A stretch of DNA of 64,000 bases, from contig JAQBYT010000017.1 of the NCBI GenBank assembly GCA_027622665.1, positions 1 to 64,000 on the forward strand, given 5' to 3'. Each line of letters starts with the position of its first letter. The first letter of the stretch is position 1. A program made the position numbers and the translations under genes. Shown here in pieces: positions 16,422 through 27,666 of this stretch. Source of the DNA: Verrucomicrobiota bacterium. Lineage in GTDB: Bacteria; Verrucomicrobiota; Verrucomicrobiia; Opitutales; Seribacteraceae. The notes below the pieces were generated by a model. The model had not been told where the DNA came from. It saw only the letters and a program-made list of their open reading frames with translations, and made no database searches.

Positions 16422-17912
16422 TTAGCGGGAAGTGCGACTGGAACCTTCTTCCTTGGTGTTCCTCACTTCTTTGCGCAATTCCTTTTGGGCTACCTTCAAT
16501 TCTTCGTGCTTCTCTTTTTGAGCAACCCGAAACTCATCGAGAGCAGCTTTTCTAGCGACTGCTTGCTCGGCAATGAGTCTTTTGATGTTTGCGGCAACTT
16601 CATCCTTGTCGGCGCTTTCTTTTAACTCCGCGATCTTGGCGGCAAGTTCGTCATGAGCCTCTTTCAATTTGTCGTTAACTGCCTTTCTCGCAACATGCAA
16701 AGTCTTCTCGACGGCCTTTACATCATCGATCTTTGCCTTTACGGCAGCGGGATGTTCGGGACGTTCCTTGCGCTCGGGCCGATTTGCCTCTAGCTCTTCA
16801 TGCACTTTGTCGGCGGCCTTCTTGATGGCTGCAAACTTGTCGGCGTTCTCTTTCTTGAACTCCTCGACTGCCTTGCGGACATCTGCCTTGCTCGAATCGT
16901 TTTCAAGCTTTCCGAGCTCTTCCCTCATGGCCTTGAAAAGGTCTGCCTTCTCTGTCTCGATTTTTGCGAGATTGTTTTTGGTCTCATGAGAAATCTCGGG
17001 GCGAGGAGGAGCCGGAGGAAGTACCACCGGAGGGCGTTTGGGTTCTGGCCTCGGCTTGTCCTTGTGGGCAAGGTCGGGCTTTTCGCCATGGTCGGGCTTT
17101 TCGGCATCAGGCTTTACGCCATGGTTGGGATTTTCGGCATCAGGCTTTACGGCATGGTTGGGATTTTCGGCATCGGGCTTTACGGCATGGTTGGGATTTT
17201 CGGCATCGGGCTTTTCGCCATGGTCGGGCTTTTCGGCATCGGGCTTCTCGCCATGGTTGGGCTTTTCGGCATCGGGCTTTACGGCATGGTCGGGCTTTTC
17301 GGCATCGGGCGTTACGGCATGGTCGGGCTTTTCGGCATCAGGCTTTACGGCATGGTCGGGCTTTACGGCATCGGGCTTTACGGCATGGTCGGGATTTTCG
17401 GCATCAGGCTTTACGGCATGGTTGGGATTTTCGGCATCGGGCTTTACGGCATGGTTGGGATTTTCGGCATCAGGCTTCTCGCCATGGTCGGGATTTTCGG
17501 CATCAGGCTTTACGGCATCGGGCTTTTCGCCATGGTCGGGCTTTTCGGCATCAGGCTTCTCGCCATGGTTGGGAAATATGATCTTGTAGACTTCCTCGTC
17601 GCTTCGGTCTTTCCCGGTGCTTTCATCAAATCTAGGGGAACCGCCCGTGAACACCAATCCGGAAGGGATCTTCTTACCTTCATGAATCCATTGCTCAAAA
17701 GTGAGAGGAGCAGGTGGGAGGGGGTGGATAAGAGGTCCGCCGACTTCAGGTTTTGGTTGTTCACCGCCGTGTTGAACGGTTCCATGAGCCGGTTTGACAT
17801 TCGGGTTCGCGTCTGGAGCGAATCCCCCTCCGATAGGTGCTTGATCTTGGGCAAAAGTCATTGAGCCAAGGCTCATCGCTATTGCCACTAACATGTATGT
17901 TGTATTTTTCAT
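16422..17912 (-). CDS. Secreted protein with His/Pro/Asp tandem repeats and a charged helical C-terminal domain
   Basis: Signal peptide [23 protein letters not shown](G/A)(E/V)KPDAE(K/N)P(D/N) repeats; C-terminus homologous to 17953-18759. Confidence 0.85.
   Translation of the reverse strand: MKNTTYMLVAIAMSLGSMTFAQDQAPIGGGFAPDANPNVKPAHGTVQHGGEQPKPEVGGPLIHPLPPAPLTFEQWIHEGKKIPSGLVFTGGSPRFDESTGKDRSDEEVYKIIFPNHGEKPDAEKPDHGEKPDAVKPDAENPDHGEKPDAENPNHAVKPDAENPNHAVKPDAENPDHAVKPDAVKPDHAVKPDAEKPDHAVTPDAEKPDHAVKPDAEKPNHGEKPDAEKPDHGEKPDAENPNHAVKPDAENPNHAVKPDAENPNHGVKPDAEKPDHGEKPDLAHKDKPRPEPKRPPVVLPPAPPRPEISHETKNNLAKIETEKADLFKAMREELGKLENDSSKADVRKAVEEFKKENADKFAAIKKAADKVHEELEANRPERKERPEHPAAVKAKIDDVKAVEKTLHVARKAVNDKLKEAHDELAAKIAELKESADKDEVAANIKRLIAEQAVARKAALDEFRVAQKEKHEELKVAQKELRKEVRNTKEEGSSRTSR
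17073..17570. repeat. Coding 33-bp tandem repeat, 14 full units plus a partial one (one unit carries an extra 15 bp)
   Basis: Unit such as ggctttacggcatggttgggattttcggcatc(a/g), repeated contiguously. Confidence 0.95.
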
Positions 17913-17952
17913 TTTCTTTAGGTGTTTGATTAGTTTTAAAAGTGTTGGGTTA

Positions 17953-18759
17953 TTATTCGGAGGTCCGAGTTGCACCTGTTTCCTTTGCTGCCCGGACGGC
18001 ATCCTTGAGTTCCTTGTGAGCCGCTTTCAATTCCTCGTGTTTGTCTTTGTTGTCGACCTTGAACTTTTCGATCAGGATCTTACGGTCTTCCTTGGTGGCA
18101 TCCTTGAGTTCCTTCCTTAAGTTACCTCTGGACTCATGGAGTTTTTTGCCTACTGCCTTTACTACAGCAATCTTGGCGTTGATTTCGGGAGTGGGTTCCG
18201 GGCGTTCCTTGCGATCTGGTCGGGCTGCGTTCAGGGTTTCGTGAACCTTTTCGGAAGCTGCCTTGATGGCGTCGAAGCGATCTTGGTTTGCTTTCTTGAA
18301 GGCCTCGACCGCGGCTCTTACGTCATCTTTAGACGAATCCTTGCCAAGCCCAAGCTTTTCGAGTTCTTCTCCAATTGCCGCTTTCAGGGCATCCTTGTCA
18401 CCCTTTATTGCATCCAGTTGGGCCTTCACCTCGTCGGAGAGTACCAGCTTTACGGGCCGCTGGATCAGTGGTCGCTTTGAGTCGGTTGGAGACTTTTTCC
18501 CTTTGCCTAAATCCCTTTTGTTTCCAGTTGGCTTCTTGTCGGCCCCTGACTTGGTCAAGGCATTCCACTTGGCTCGCGCCTCGTCCTCGGTGAGCTTTCC
18601 GGCGGCAATTGCCTCTTTAAGGCTTTTCCCAAACGCTTCGAGTTTGCCTGCATCAGGTGCTTTACGAGCTAAGGCAGGTGCTTTACGGTCTTGAGAAAAA
18701 GCCATCGAACTCATTGTTAGAATTCCTGTGGCGATGATAAGGATGAATGTTTTTTTCAT
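17953..18759 (-). CDS. Secreted Lys/Glu-rich helical protein, paralog of the downstream gene
   Basis: Signal peptide ending AFSQD; shared motifs DSSK.DVR.AVE.FKK.N, KVHE.L.A.RP.RKERPE, KHEELK.A.KEL, G..RTS. Confidence 0.88.
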   Translation of the reverse strand: MKKTFILIIATGILTMSSMAFSQDRKAPALARKAPDAGKLEAFGKSLKEAIAAGKLTEDEARAKWNALTKSGADKKPTGNKRDLGKGKKSPTDSKRPLIQRPVKLVLSDEVKAQLDAIKGDKDALKAAIGEELEKLGLGKDSSKDDVRAAVEAFKKANQDRFDAIKAASEKVHETLNAARPDRKERPEPTPEINAKIAVVKAVGKKLHESRGNLRKELKDATKEDRKILIEKFKVDNKDKHEELKAAHKELKDAVRAAKETGATRTSE

Positions 18760-18800
18760 GAATACTTTGGATTGGAATTAATAAATTACCCAATAGCCTT

Positions 18801-18816
18801 TGCATTGTTTATGCCA
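18801..18816 (-). promoter_or_regulatory. sigma-54 -24/-12 promoter TGGCATAAACAATGCA
   Basis: GG-N10-GC spacing exact; about 40 nt upstream of ATG 18759; NtrC-family gene adjacent. Confidence 0.85.
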
Positions 18817-18903
18817 CTTCCTTGTGTTTACCTAATGCATTGTTGTATAGGTATATAAAGTCTTTAAATGCCTTCTTCACCTTAAGGCGTTTTCTCTGTT
18901 TTT

Positions 18904-18947
18904 GGGGAATATTTCCCAGCGAACGGGGGGGGCGGGGACTATTCCCC
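18904..18947. promoter_or_regulatory. Two palindromic upstream activator sites, GGGGAATATTTCCC and GGGGACTATTCCCC, 30 bp apart
   Basis: Seen at 18904-18917 and 18934-18947, about 90-130 bp upstream of the sigma-54 box. Confidence 0.7.
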
Positions 18948-18952
18948 AACCT

Positions 18953-20374
18953 CTACTCGTCTTTTTTTTGCAACCTGTAGCGTAAGTAGTCTCTGGGGAC
19001 GCCGAGAAGGCGAGCGGCTTCCGAAACGTTTCCGGATGACTGATCGATTCCCATTTCGATCAGTCGCAGGATGGCGTTTTCCAAGTCAAAGCCTTCCGAG
19101 GGAAAACGAAAGGCAGTGTTCAGCCAATCGTTGGAATCCGTCTTTTGTGAATCCGATGCGTCGGATTCATCAGTCGGGAGCAGGTTAAAGCTAAGCTCTT
19201 TGCCTTTGTCGTGCATAACCAAGGAGCGCTCGAGCTCATGGGTGAGTTCCCGGGCGTTTCCGGGCCACGAATGATGCAATAGTTGCTTTTCCCCGTTGGC
19301 GGAGAACTCGGGCATTGGCAAGTTGTACTTGCTTGACAGAGAACTTAGGAAATGTCGGGCCAAGAGCAGGATCCCTTCTTCTCGTTGAGCGAGAGGAGGT
19401 ATTTTCATCCTCAAGAGGTCCAGTCGATGATAGAGGTCTTCCCGAAAGGCGCCGCCCTTGATCATTTCCCTCAAGTCTTGGTTGGCGGCGGTGATTACGC
19501 GAACGTCGACTTGAATTTCTTTGTTTCCACCCAGCCTGCGAATCTTTCCGTTCTCGATCGCCACCAGCACTTTTGCTTGGGCCGCAGTCGATAGGCTGGC
19601 GATCTCGTCTAGGAAGAGGGTGCCGTGGTCAGCTGCCTCGAAGAGCCCGATGCGAGCTCCCTTGGCATCGGTGAAAGCGCCTTTTTCATGACCGAAGAGC
19701 TCGGACTCGGCCAGATTGTCGGGAATGGCGGAGCAATTCACCTCTACCCAAGGACCATCAGCGCGGGGACCGTTTTCGTGAATCCAACGAGCGTAGGTTG
19801 ATTTTCCCGATCCAGTGGGACCCTCGATCAAAACAGGCGGGAGGTTGCTTGCCAGTCGGTTGTCGGCATCGAGTATTTTCTCGAGCATGACTAAATCCTT
19901 GGAGAAGGTTCCGTCGAAGAACAGATCCTCACTCTTTCTTTTTGCTTCCGTGCGGTCGTGTTCGCTGATTCGTTTTTTGCGGCGATGAGCATCGGCGTGG
20001 GAGAAAACCAGGGGCAGTTCCTCGAGATCGAAAGGCTTGGCCAAGTAGTCCGATGCGCCGAGGCGAAGAGCTTCCACGGCGGAACGCACTCCGCCTTCCC
20101 CGGTCATCAGCACTACTAGGGTGTTTTCCGGAACCGCATGTTCCTTGAGCAGGTCTAGGCTTTCACCGTCGGGGAGGTTCAAGTCGAATAAAGCGCAGTC
20201 GAAAGAGAGTGTCTTGAGGGACTGTCGAGCTTCCTCTATGCTTCCTGTATGGGTCACTTCGGCTCCCATCCTCTCTAGTAAGGCAGTGATCCTTTTGGTC
20301 AAGAGGATCTCGTCTTCAAGCAGAAGAACCTCCTTGTCGTGAAAGAAATTCGAGTGATTCCCGTGGTCGGTCAT
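18953..20374 (-). CDS. Sigma-54-dependent response regulator (NtrC/Fis family)
   Basis: Receiver (LLLEDE, FDLNLPD, LAKP), Walker A GPTGSGKS, ESELFGHEKGAFTDA, LFLDEI, Fis HTH GNVSEAARLLG. Confidence 0.96.
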   Translation of the reverse strand: MTDHGNHSNFFHDKEVLLLEDEILLTKRITALLERMGAEVTHTGSIEEARQSLKTLSFDCALFDLNLPDGESLDLLKEHAVPENTLVVLMTGEGGVRSAVEALRLGASDYLAKPFDLEELPLVFSHADAHRRKKRISEHDRTEAKRKSEDLFFDGTFSKDLVMLEKILDADNRLASNLPPVLIEGPTGSGKSTYARWIHENGPRADGPWVEVNCSAIPDNLAESELFGHEKGAFTDAKGARIGLFEAADHGTLFLDEIASLSTAAQAKVLVAIENGKIRRLGGNKEIQVDVRVITAANQDLREMIKGGAFREDLYHRLDLLRMKIPPLAQREEGILLLARHFLSSLSSKYNLPMPEFSANGEKQLLHHSWPGNARELTHELERSLVMHDKGKELSFNLLPTDESDASDSQKTDSNDWLNTAFRFPSEGFDLENAILRLIEMGIDQSSGNVSEAARLLGVPRDYLRYRLQKKDE

Positions 20375-20521
20375 TGCGACAATCCTTTACACGAAGCACG
20401 CTTGGGAGAAAGACTATTTTTTCATATGTGAGTTCGGGGCTGCAGTATATCCTGTTTGAGATAGTTTCCAATTTCTTGGCTTTGGCTTGACGGATAGGTG
20501 TTGTGGAGAAAGCTTTCTTGT

Positions 20522-20965
20522 ATGCCTAAACCCGAACCTGAAAAACTTTCAGCTGAGGAAGCTCGAGTCGAGGCTCTACGCGTAGTGGCGGAGGACCGTT
20601 TCCCATACCTCGCCACCTTGGATTCCGATCAACCTCGGTTGCGTCCCGTTTCGCCCGTAAGAACGGACGGTTTCACTGTGTATGTCGCCAACCTGAGAAG
20701 CTACGGCAAGACCGCCGAAATTGAGGCCAACCCGAAAGTGGAGCTTTGTTACTTGGACAAGGGGCACGATCAAGTGCGAGTCACGGCCATTGCGGAGGTG
20801 TTGAAGGAGCGCCGGACATTGGAGTCGATATGGAATGAGAATCCGCTTCTTCGACAGTACCTCGGCAGCGTGGACAATCCCGAATTAATCGTCTACAGGA
20901 TGGTGCCGAATCGCGTGCGTTTCATGCGGGAATGGGCCTTGGAATACCACGAAGTGGCCATTTGA
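20522..20965 (+). CDS. Pyridoxamine 5'-phosphate oxidase-like FMN-binding split-barrel protein
   Basis: YLATLDSDQPRLRPV, KTAEIEANPKVELCY. Confidence 0.8.
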   Translation: MPKPEPEKLSAEEARVEALRVVAEDRFPYLATLDSDQPRLRPVSPVRTDGFTVYVANLRSYGKTAEIEANPKVELCYLDKGHDQVRVTAIAEVLKERRTLESIWNENPLLRQYLGSVDNPELIVYRMVPNRVRFMREWALEYHEVAI

Positions 20966-20969
20966 ACCT

Positions 20970-22376
20970 CTAAAGCGAGTGCAGACCTCGACCATCGCAG
21001 GCGAGGGCGGCTTCTTTGAGAGACTCGGATAGGGTGGGGTGGGCGTGAATGGTGCGGGCGAGATCCTCCGCAGAGCCACCGTATTCCATGTGGGCCACGG
21101 CGGATGCTATGAGTTCGGAAGCGTTCCGTGACACGATCTGGATGCCCAGCAGGCGATCCGTCTCGGCGTGGGCGATGACCTTGACTAGACCTTCGGTGGC
21201 ATCGCTGGCGAGGGCTCGACCGTTGGCGGCGAGGGGGAAGGTTCCGCAACGAACCGGTATGTTACGTTCCTTGGCGTCGGTTTCACCCAAGCCGACATTG
21301 GCGATCTCGGGATCGACGTAGATCACGCCCGGCACTAAGTCGTAGTTCACATGGCCGGATTGTCCCGCGAGGATCTCGGCACAGGCTACGCCATCTTCTT
21401 CCGCCTTGTGAGCGAGCATGGGGCCGGGAATGAGGTCTCCTATGGCCCTGATGCCGTCGACGTTGGTTCGAAACGCCTCATCCACGGTAACGCTGCCTCT
21501 TTTGCCTATGCTCACCCCGACCTCCTCCAAGCCGAGACCGTCGGAGCAAGGAACTCGACCGACTGCGACAAGCACTTTGTCTGCTTCGAAGGTGACGTCT
21601 CCCTTGGGGCCTTCTGCCCGAAGGGTTACTCCCGATTCTCCTATGTCCACTCCCGTTACCTTGGTGGAGAGGGAGAATTTCAATCCCTGCTTTCCCAGGA
21701 TCTGACGGGCGGCCTTTGCTACGTCGGGATCGAATCCGGTGGCGATTTCGGGTAGGAATTCGATGATGTCGACTTCGGAACCGAGCCTAGACCATACGGA
21801 ACCGAGCTCGAGACCGATGGCTCCACCCCCTATTACGGCCAACTTCCCGGGTGCTGAGTCGAAGGCGATCCCGTGGTCGCTGTGGACGATGCGTTCGCCG
21901 TCGTAAGGCATGAATGGGAGTTCGACAGGCTTGGAGCCTGTGGCCAAAATAATTTCCTTTGCCGTTACGGTTTGATTTCCTTCTTCGCCGGAGACCTCGA
22001 CTTGGCCGTCGCCAAGGAGCCGAGCGGTGCCCGTAAGGGTTTTGATGCCGCGTTTTTCGACAAGCATGCGTACACCTTTGCCGAGTTTTTCGACCACGCC
22101 GTCCTTTTTCTTCATAAGGGCGGAAATGTCAATGGAGACCTCTTTGGCAGTTATTCCGTGCTTCTTCGCCCCGTGGAGGAGTTCATGATAAATCTCTGTG
22201 GAATGAAGGAGTGCCTTGCTTGGAATGCAGCCGACATTCAGGCAGGTGCCGCCAAGTCGAGGGTTCTTTTCGACGATCGCCGTTTTCAGACCGAGCTGGG
22301 CGCATCGAATGGCACAAACGTAGCCTCCGGGACCAGCGCCGATGATCAGGACGTCGTAGCAATTTTCTTCGGACAT
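20970..22376 (-). CDS. lpdA: Dihydrolipoamide dehydrogenase
   Basis: [28 protein letters not shown]. Confidence 0.97.
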   Translation of the reverse strand: MSEENCYDVLIIGAGPGGYVCAIRCAQLGLKTAIVEKNPRLGGTCLNVGCIPSKALLHSTEIYHELLHGAKKHGITAKEVSIDISALMKKKDGVVEKLGKGVRMLVEKRGIKTLTGTARLLGDGQVEVSGEEGNQTVTAKEIILATGSKPVELPFMPYDGERIVHSDHGIAFDSAPGKLAVIGGGAIGLELGSVWSRLGSEVDIIEFLPEIATGFDPDVAKAARQILGKQGLKFSLSTKVTGVDIGESGVTLRAEGPKGDVTFEADKVLVAVGRVPCSDGLGLEEVGVSIGKRGSVTVDEAFRTNVDGIRAIGDLIPGPMLAHKAEEDGVACAEILAGQSGHVNYDLVPGVIYVDPEIANVGLGETDAKERNIPVRCGTFPLAANGRALASDATEGLVKVIAHAETDRLLGIQIVSRNASELIASAVAHMEYGGSAEDLARTIHAHPTLSESLKEAALACDGRGLHSL

Positions 22377-22381
22377 AGTAT

Positions 22382-23656
22382 CTATATTTCGAGCGTCAGT
22401 CGCACGGGGTTCTCGAGAGCTTCCTTCACTTTTACCAGAAACGTGACCGCCTCGCGGCCGTCAACCACTCGGTGATCGTAGGATACGGCGAGGTACATCA
22501 TCGGACGTACGACGACTTCACCGTTTTCCGCCATGGGTCGCTGCTGTATGGCATGCATCCCTAGGATTCCGCTTTGGGGAGGATTAAGAATAGGAGTCGA
22601 CAGCATTGAACCGTAAATTCCCCCGTTCGTGATGGTGAAGCAACCGCCCTGCATATCCTGAAGGGTTATTTTCCCATCGCGTGCAGCGTGTGCGTAATTA
22701 ACGATGGTTTGCTCGATCTCGGCGAAGGAGAGCTTGTCGCAATCACGAACGACCGGAACGACTAGCCCCTTTTTCGTGCCCACGGCAACACCGATGTCGA
22801 AGTAATGGTTCTGGACCAGATTCGCACCTTCCATCCGTACGTTTAGCTCGGGGACGGCCTTGAGGGCGTGGACGACCGCTTTCACAAAGAACGACATGAA
22901 GCCTAGCTTTATGCCGTTCTTGGCAACGAAGTTTTCCTGGTGTTGCTTTCGCAGGGAAATGATTGCCGACATATCGGCCTCGTTGAAGGTGGTAAGGATT
23001 GCGGCAGTCTGCTGAGCCTCAACAAGGCGCGATGCTATCTTGCGGCGGATGGGGCTGAGAGGCTTCCGAGTAACCCGTTCATCGATCTCGTCGGTGCCAG
23101 CTGGAGTTATTGGTGGGGCGGGAGCAGGGCGAGGCGTTGGGACGGGTGTTGCCGCCTTCACAACTTCCGCTGGCGATGCCTTGCTTGCGGCTACAGCGTC
23201 GGCCTTGGTAATTCTCCCATCCTTCCCGGATCCTTCGATGGCGGTGGGGATCAAGTCATGTTCATCCACTATTTTGCGAACGGCGGGAGATAAGTGAGGC
23301 TCAGTTGTTTGAGGCTGAGGCTTGTCTTCCGGTTTAGGCTTAGCTTCAAGTTTGGAGTCCTCGGTTTTTTCGACAGGAGTCTGTTTGCCTTCGACCGGAG
23401 CGGATGCCGGGGAGCCCGTGGCGGTTTCGTCGATGATCGCGACAATGGCCCCGATCTCAACTTCTTCGCCTTCCGCCGCCTTTAGGCTGATAGTCCCTGA
23501 GGAGTCCGCCGCTCCCTCTTGAGTGATCTTATCGGTCTCCAGCTCGTATATCGTTTGCCCTTCTTCGACGAAGTCACCGTCGTTGACGTGCCAGGTTGTG
23601 AGTATCCCCGATGAAATGGATTCGCCGAGGGCGGGTATCTTTACTTCGATAGCCAT
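22382..23656 (-). CDS. sucB: 2-oxoglutarate dehydrogenase E2, dihydrolipoamide succinyltransferase
   Basis: Lipoyl ETDKIT, E3-binding [19 protein letters not shown]. Confidence 0.96.
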   Translation of the reverse strand: MAIEVKIPALGESISSGILTTWHVNDGDFVEEGQTIYELETDKITQEGAADSSGTISLKAAEGEEVEIGAIVAIIDETATGSPASAPVEGKQTPVEKTEDSKLEAKPKPEDKPQPQTTEPHLSPAVRKIVDEHDLIPTAIEGSGKDGRITKADAVAASKASPAEVVKAATPVPTPRPAPAPPITPAGTDEIDERVTRKPLSPIRRKIASRLVEAQQTAAILTTFNEADMSAIISLRKQHQENFVAKNGIKLGFMSFFVKAVVHALKAVPELNVRMEGANLVQNHYFDIGVAVGTKKGLVVPVVRDCDKLSFAEIEQTIVNYAHAARDGKITLQDMQGGCFTITNGGIYGSMLSTPILNPPQSGILGMHAIQQRPMAENGEVVVRPMMYLAVSYDHRVVDGREAVTFLVKVKEALENPVRLTLEI

Positions 23657-23671
23657 GGTATTAAAAAGGGG

Positions 23672-26425
23672 TTAGGTCGTGCTTGAATCAATGCCGAGAG
23701 CCTTGGCCACTATTTCGGCCTGCTCTTTCCTATGCATGGCGAGGGAGCCGGTGGCGGGACTAGCGGAAGGAGTTCGTCCGACGTATTCGGGGCGAACTCC
23801 AAGGTGTTTTTTGAAAATAGGGCTGAGGAAGTTCCAGGCTCCCATGTTTTCCGGTTCCTCTTGGCACCAAACGATGCGTTTGGCTTTGGCGTAGGGTGCC
23901 GTGATTTCCTTGAACCGATCCTCATTGAATGGGTAGAATTGCTCGACTCTCACAATGGCAGCTTTGTTTGTGCGTATGTTTTCGCGTTCTTCAAGTAAGT
24001 CGTAGTATATTTTACCAGAGCAGAGTATAAGCGTTTCGATCTTCTTTGGTGGAGTGGTGTCATCCAGAAATTCTCCGAATTGACCATCCGTTAATTCTTT
24101 CAGATCCGACACGCAAGACTTGTGCCGAAGCAAGCTCTTGGGGGTCATCACAATCAGAGGCTTGGCGTACTCTTGCTTTTTTTGCCTTCGAAGAGCATGG
24201 AAAAACTGAGCCGGAGTGGTGCAGTTGCAAACGACAATGTTGTCTTCCGCGCACCCTTGAAGAAACCGTTCGAGTCTGGCCGAACTGTGCTCTGGACCTT
24301 GCCCCTCGAAGCCATGGGGGAGGAGCATGACTAAGTCGCTGACCGCACCCCACTTGTCTTCACCACTCATTATGAACTGGTCTATGATTACTTGTGCGCC
24401 GTTGGCGAAGTCGCCGAATTGGGCTTCCCAAATTGCAAGCATCTTGGGATAGTCGAGCGAATAACCGTAATCGAAAGCTAGCACGGCTGCCTCGGACAGC
24501 AGGGAGTTGTAGACGCAAAACGTTGCCTGACTGTCCTCCATGTTGGCTAATGGGATGTAACGGGTACGGTCCTCGGCGTCGTACCACGCAGCATGGCGAT
24601 GACTGAATGTGCCTCGCTTGCTGTCCTGTCCGGAGAGCCTGACAGGAGTCCCCTCGAGCATCAGCGAACCAAAGGCAAGCTGTTCGGCAAAGCCCCAGTC
24701 GATGTTTTTACCTTCGGCAAAGTTCTTCTTTTTGACGTCGAGTTGTCGCTTGATCTTTGGGTTCAGGCGAAAATCCTTCGGCGGCGTGGTAAGGGCTTTG
24801 GCGACTTTTGCCAAGTCCTGCTTGGGTACTGAGGTGACTGCGACGGAAAAGTCATAGGGAATCTGGGTAACCGCAAGAGATCCATCGAATGTGCTGGATT
24901 TCTTGACCGTCTTTACCTTTTCAAGGGAGGCGTCCAATTGACGCCGAAGTTGATCGTGAATCTTCTTGCTTTCTTCCTCGGAGATTACCCCGTCCCCGAT
25001 CAGTTGTCTGGTCAATATATCGGATACGGCCGGCATGGCCTTGATTATCTTATATAGGATAGGTTGGGTGAAGGCGGGTTCATCCGCTTCGTTGTGGCCG
25101 TATTTTCGGTAGCAGTTAATGTCTATGACGACGTCTTCACCAAATTTCTGCCGATAGGCTAGTGCGGTTTCCGCGACCATTGCGACGGCGAGGGCATCGT
25201 TGCCGTTTACGTGAAAAATAGGGGCTTCGATGCTTTTCGCGACATCGGTGCAGTATAGACTAGAGCGTGCATCGACAGTACTTGTGGTAAAACCGATTTG
25301 GTTGTTTACGACGATGTGAATCGTGCCGCCGGTTCGATACCCGGCCAATTTGGAAAGGTTGAATACCTCGGCGACCATTCCTTGCCCGGCCATGGCTGCA
25401 TCACCATGAACGAGTATGGGAAGAACCCGAGTCCTCTTTTCGTCGCCACGCAGTCTTTGTCGTGCTCGGGCCTTCCCCTCGACCACGCCGTCGACGACTT
25501 CCAGATGACTTGGGTTAGGGGACAGATGAATGCCCACTTCGCTTCCATCTGCCGTTTCCCTTACGGACTCATAACCCAAATGATACTTTACGTCGCCGCT
25601 TCCATGAGCGGCATCGGAAACGAAATTTTCCGAAAACTCCCGAAAGATGAATTCATGTGATTTGCCTAGAATGTTGGCGAGTATGTTGAGGCGACCTCGG
25701 TGGGCCATTCCCATGACGATTTCTTCCACCCCTTGGGCTGGGCATTTCTGCAGGATCGAGTCCAAGGCAGTGACGAGAGTTTCTCCGCCTTCCAGAGAGA
25801 ATCTCTTTTGGCCAACGTAACGAGTGTGGAGGAAGTTTTCGAATTCTTCAGCCTGTACGATTTTACGCAGCACCCGAATTTTCTCTTCATTACCGAAGTC
25901 GGGGACATTGCAGTTCCTTTCCATCCGGGCTTGGAGCCAACGCCGTTTTTTCGTAGACTGTAGATGTAGGTACTCGGTTGCGACGTTTCCGCAGTATGTG
26001 CGTTTGAGGCGATCCAAGACCTCTTGCACACTCATTTGTACACCTCCTAGGTAATTGCCCGTAAAGTGAACTTCTTGCAAGTCACCCTCATCAAAACCCA
26101 ACCGTTCCATTGATAGGCGTGGGTTTTCTTCAATCACTTCCTTCAGGGGGTTGAAGGAAGCTTGGGTGTGACCTATTGATCGAAACGCATAGATCGCTCC
26201 GTAAAGACGGGCGTGCTTTTCAACGTTTATCGAAGAATCTCCAGTGACTGAGGTGGTGGCAGTCGAGATCGGTGGAGCCACTCCGTTTCCGTCGACTCCC
26301 AAATGAAAGCCCTCGAAGAAATACTGCCACTCGGCTTCTAGAGAAGAGGGGTTTGCGATCCATTGAGCGTATCGAGCGTCAATTTCATCAACGTTCCACC
26401 GCGATGCGAATGTTGGGTTGTCCAT
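23672..26425 (-). CDS. sucA: 2-oxoglutarate dehydrogenase E1
   Basis: [39 protein letters not shown]. Confidence 0.97.
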   Translation of the reverse strand: MDNPTFASRWNVDEIDARYAQWIANPSSLEAEWQYFFEGFHLGVDGNGVAPPISTATTSVTGDSSINVEKHARLYGAIYAFRSIGHTQASFNPLKEVIEENPRLSMERLGFDEGDLQEVHFTGNYLGGVQMSVQEVLDRLKRTYCGNVATEYLHLQSTKKRRWLQARMERNCNVPDFGNEEKIRVLRKIVQAEEFENFLHTRYVGQKRFSLEGGETLVTALDSILQKCPAQGVEEIVMGMAHRGRLNILANILGKSHEFIFREFSENFVSDAAHGSGDVKYHLGYESVRETADGSEVGIHLSPNPSHLEVVDGVVEGKARARQRLRGDEKRTRVLPILVHGDAAMAGQGMVAEVFNLSKLAGYRTGGTIHIVVNNQIGFTTSTVDARSSLYCTDVAKSIEAPIFHVNGNDALAVAMVAETALAYRQKFGEDVVIDINCYRKYGHNEADEPAFTQPILYKIIKAMPAVSDILTRQLIGDGVISEEESKKIHDQLRRQLDASLEKVKTVKKSSTFDGSLAVTQIPYDFSVAVTSVPKQDLAKVAKALTTPPKDFRLNPKIKRQLDVKKKNFAEGKNIDWGFAEQLAFGSLMLEGTPVRLSGQDSKRGTFSHRHAAWYDAEDRTRYIPLANMEDSQATFCVYNSLLSEAAVLAFDYGYSLDYPKMLAIWEAQFGDFANGAQVIIDQFIMSGEDKWGAVSDLVMLLPHGFEGQGPEHSSARLERFLQGCAEDNIVVCNCTTPAQFFHALRRQKKQEYAKPLIVMTPKSLLRHKSCVSDLKELTDGQFGEFLDDTTPPKKIETLILCSGKIYYDLLEERENIRTNKAAIVRVEQFYPFNEDRFKEITAPYAKAKRIVWCQEEPENMGAWNFLSPIFKKHLGVRPEYVGRTPSASPATGSLAMHRKEQAEIVAKALGIDSSTT

Positions 26426-26550
26426 GGTTTTAGATAATGGGGATTAGTCTCAGTACAGTTACCTCCCCATGAAAACAAGTAAAAGTTCGTAAACTTTTCG
26501 TTCTCGGGTTGAGCGTTGACTCAGGAACTTTGAAATTCATACATCAAGGC

Positions 26551-27663
26551 ATGCTAGTCGATGGACAACTTTTTCGTACGGTTTGGATTCCCAAAGGGGA
26601 GGAAAACATCGTGCGCATCATCGACCAACGTGGCCTTCCGTTTCGTTTCGAGAGCGTCGACTTGCGGACAGTCGATGAGGTGGCTGTAGCTATACGGGAT
26701 ATGTGGGTTCGCGGTGCCGGTTGCATTGGAGCGACCGCCGGTTACGGCATGTGGTTGGCGGCATGCGAGGCTGCCGAAACTGCCGATTTCTCGACTGCTT
26801 TCAACCGTTTGGCGGAAGTCCTTCGTCGCACTCGCCCTACGGCCGTTAACCTGTCTTGGGCGTTGGATCGTCAGCTGGAAGTGGCTTCCGGTGCTTTGGG
26901 TGTTTCGGACAAGGTAGCGGCCGTTCACTCTGTTGCTGAAGAGATTGCCGACGAAGATGTCGCGGCCTGTCGATCCATTGGCGAGCACGGCCTTCACCTT
27001 TTTCGGGATATTTCCGAAATCAAGGGTGGTTCTCCAGTGAATGTACTCACCCATTGTAACGCCGGGTGGTTGGCTTTCGTTGACCATGGTTCAGCCACTG
27101 CTCCTATTTATCGCGCACATGATGCGGGCATACCTCTGCACGTCTGGGTAGGCGAAACTCGACCTCGTAATCAAGGAGCACGCTTGACCGCATGGGAACT
27201 GGGGAAGCATGGAGTGCCGCATACCGTAATCACCGACAATGCAGGCGGACATCTAATGCGTACCGGCCAAGTCGACTTGGTTATTACAGGAACGGATCGG
27301 ACCACCTACACGGGTGACGTCGTCAACAAGATTGGCACTTACCTCAAGGCAGTCGCGGCAAATGATTGCAATATTCCATTCTACGTTGCCCTTCCGTCCT
27401 CGACTTTCGACTGGTCTGCCCAGGATGGCCTTGCCGAGATTCCCATAGAGGAACGCTCAGGCAACGAGGTCAGCTGTATCGAAGGACTCTGCGATGGCGA
27501 GGAGATCATGGTTCATCTACTGCCTCAAGGTTCTCCTGTCGCCAATCCCGCGTTTGACGTGACTCCCGCTCGTCTCGTAACAGGACTTATTACCGAGCGT
27601 GGAATTTGCAAAGCAAATGAAGAAAGCATACTTGAACTCTTTCCCGAAAAAAAGCTTAGCTAA
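26551..27663 (+). CDS. mtnA: S-methyl-5-thioribose-1-phosphate isomerase
   Basis: MWVRGAG, RPTAVNL, LTHCNAGWLA, ETRPRNQGARLTAWEL, NKIGTY, NPAFDVTP. Confidence 0.92.
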   Translation: MLVDGQLFRTVWIPKGEENIVRIIDQRGLPFRFESVDLRTVDEVAVAIRDMWVRGAGCIGATAGYGMWLAACEAAETADFSTAFNRLAEVLRRTRPTAVNLSWALDRQLEVASGALGVSDKVAAVHSVAEEIADEDVAACRSIGEHGLHLFRDISEIKGGSPVNVLTHCNAGWLAFVDHGSATAPIYRAHDAGIPLHVWVGETRPRNQGARLTAWELGKHGVPHTVITDNAGGHLMRTGQVDLVITGTDRTTYTGDVVNKIGTYLKAVAANDCNIPFYVALPSSTFDWSAQDGLAEIPIEERSGNEVSCIEGLCDGEEIMVHLLPQGSPVANPAFDVTPARLVTGLITERGICKANEESILELFPEKKLS

Positions 27664-27666
27664 ATT

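Noticed and set aside
17073..17570. 33-bp periodic array as a CRISPR
   Set aside because: No unique spacers, unit length is a multiple of 3 inside an ORF with a signal peptide, and no cas genes
16669..17864. Long plus-strand ORFs (354, 205, 183 aa) over the repeat
   Set aside because: Stop-free shadows of the repeat; the minus frame has the signal peptide and paralog homology
26426..26550. SAM riboswitch upstream of mtnA
   Set aside because: Only a short ATGGGGA/TCCCCAT inverted repeat; no recognisable aptamer core
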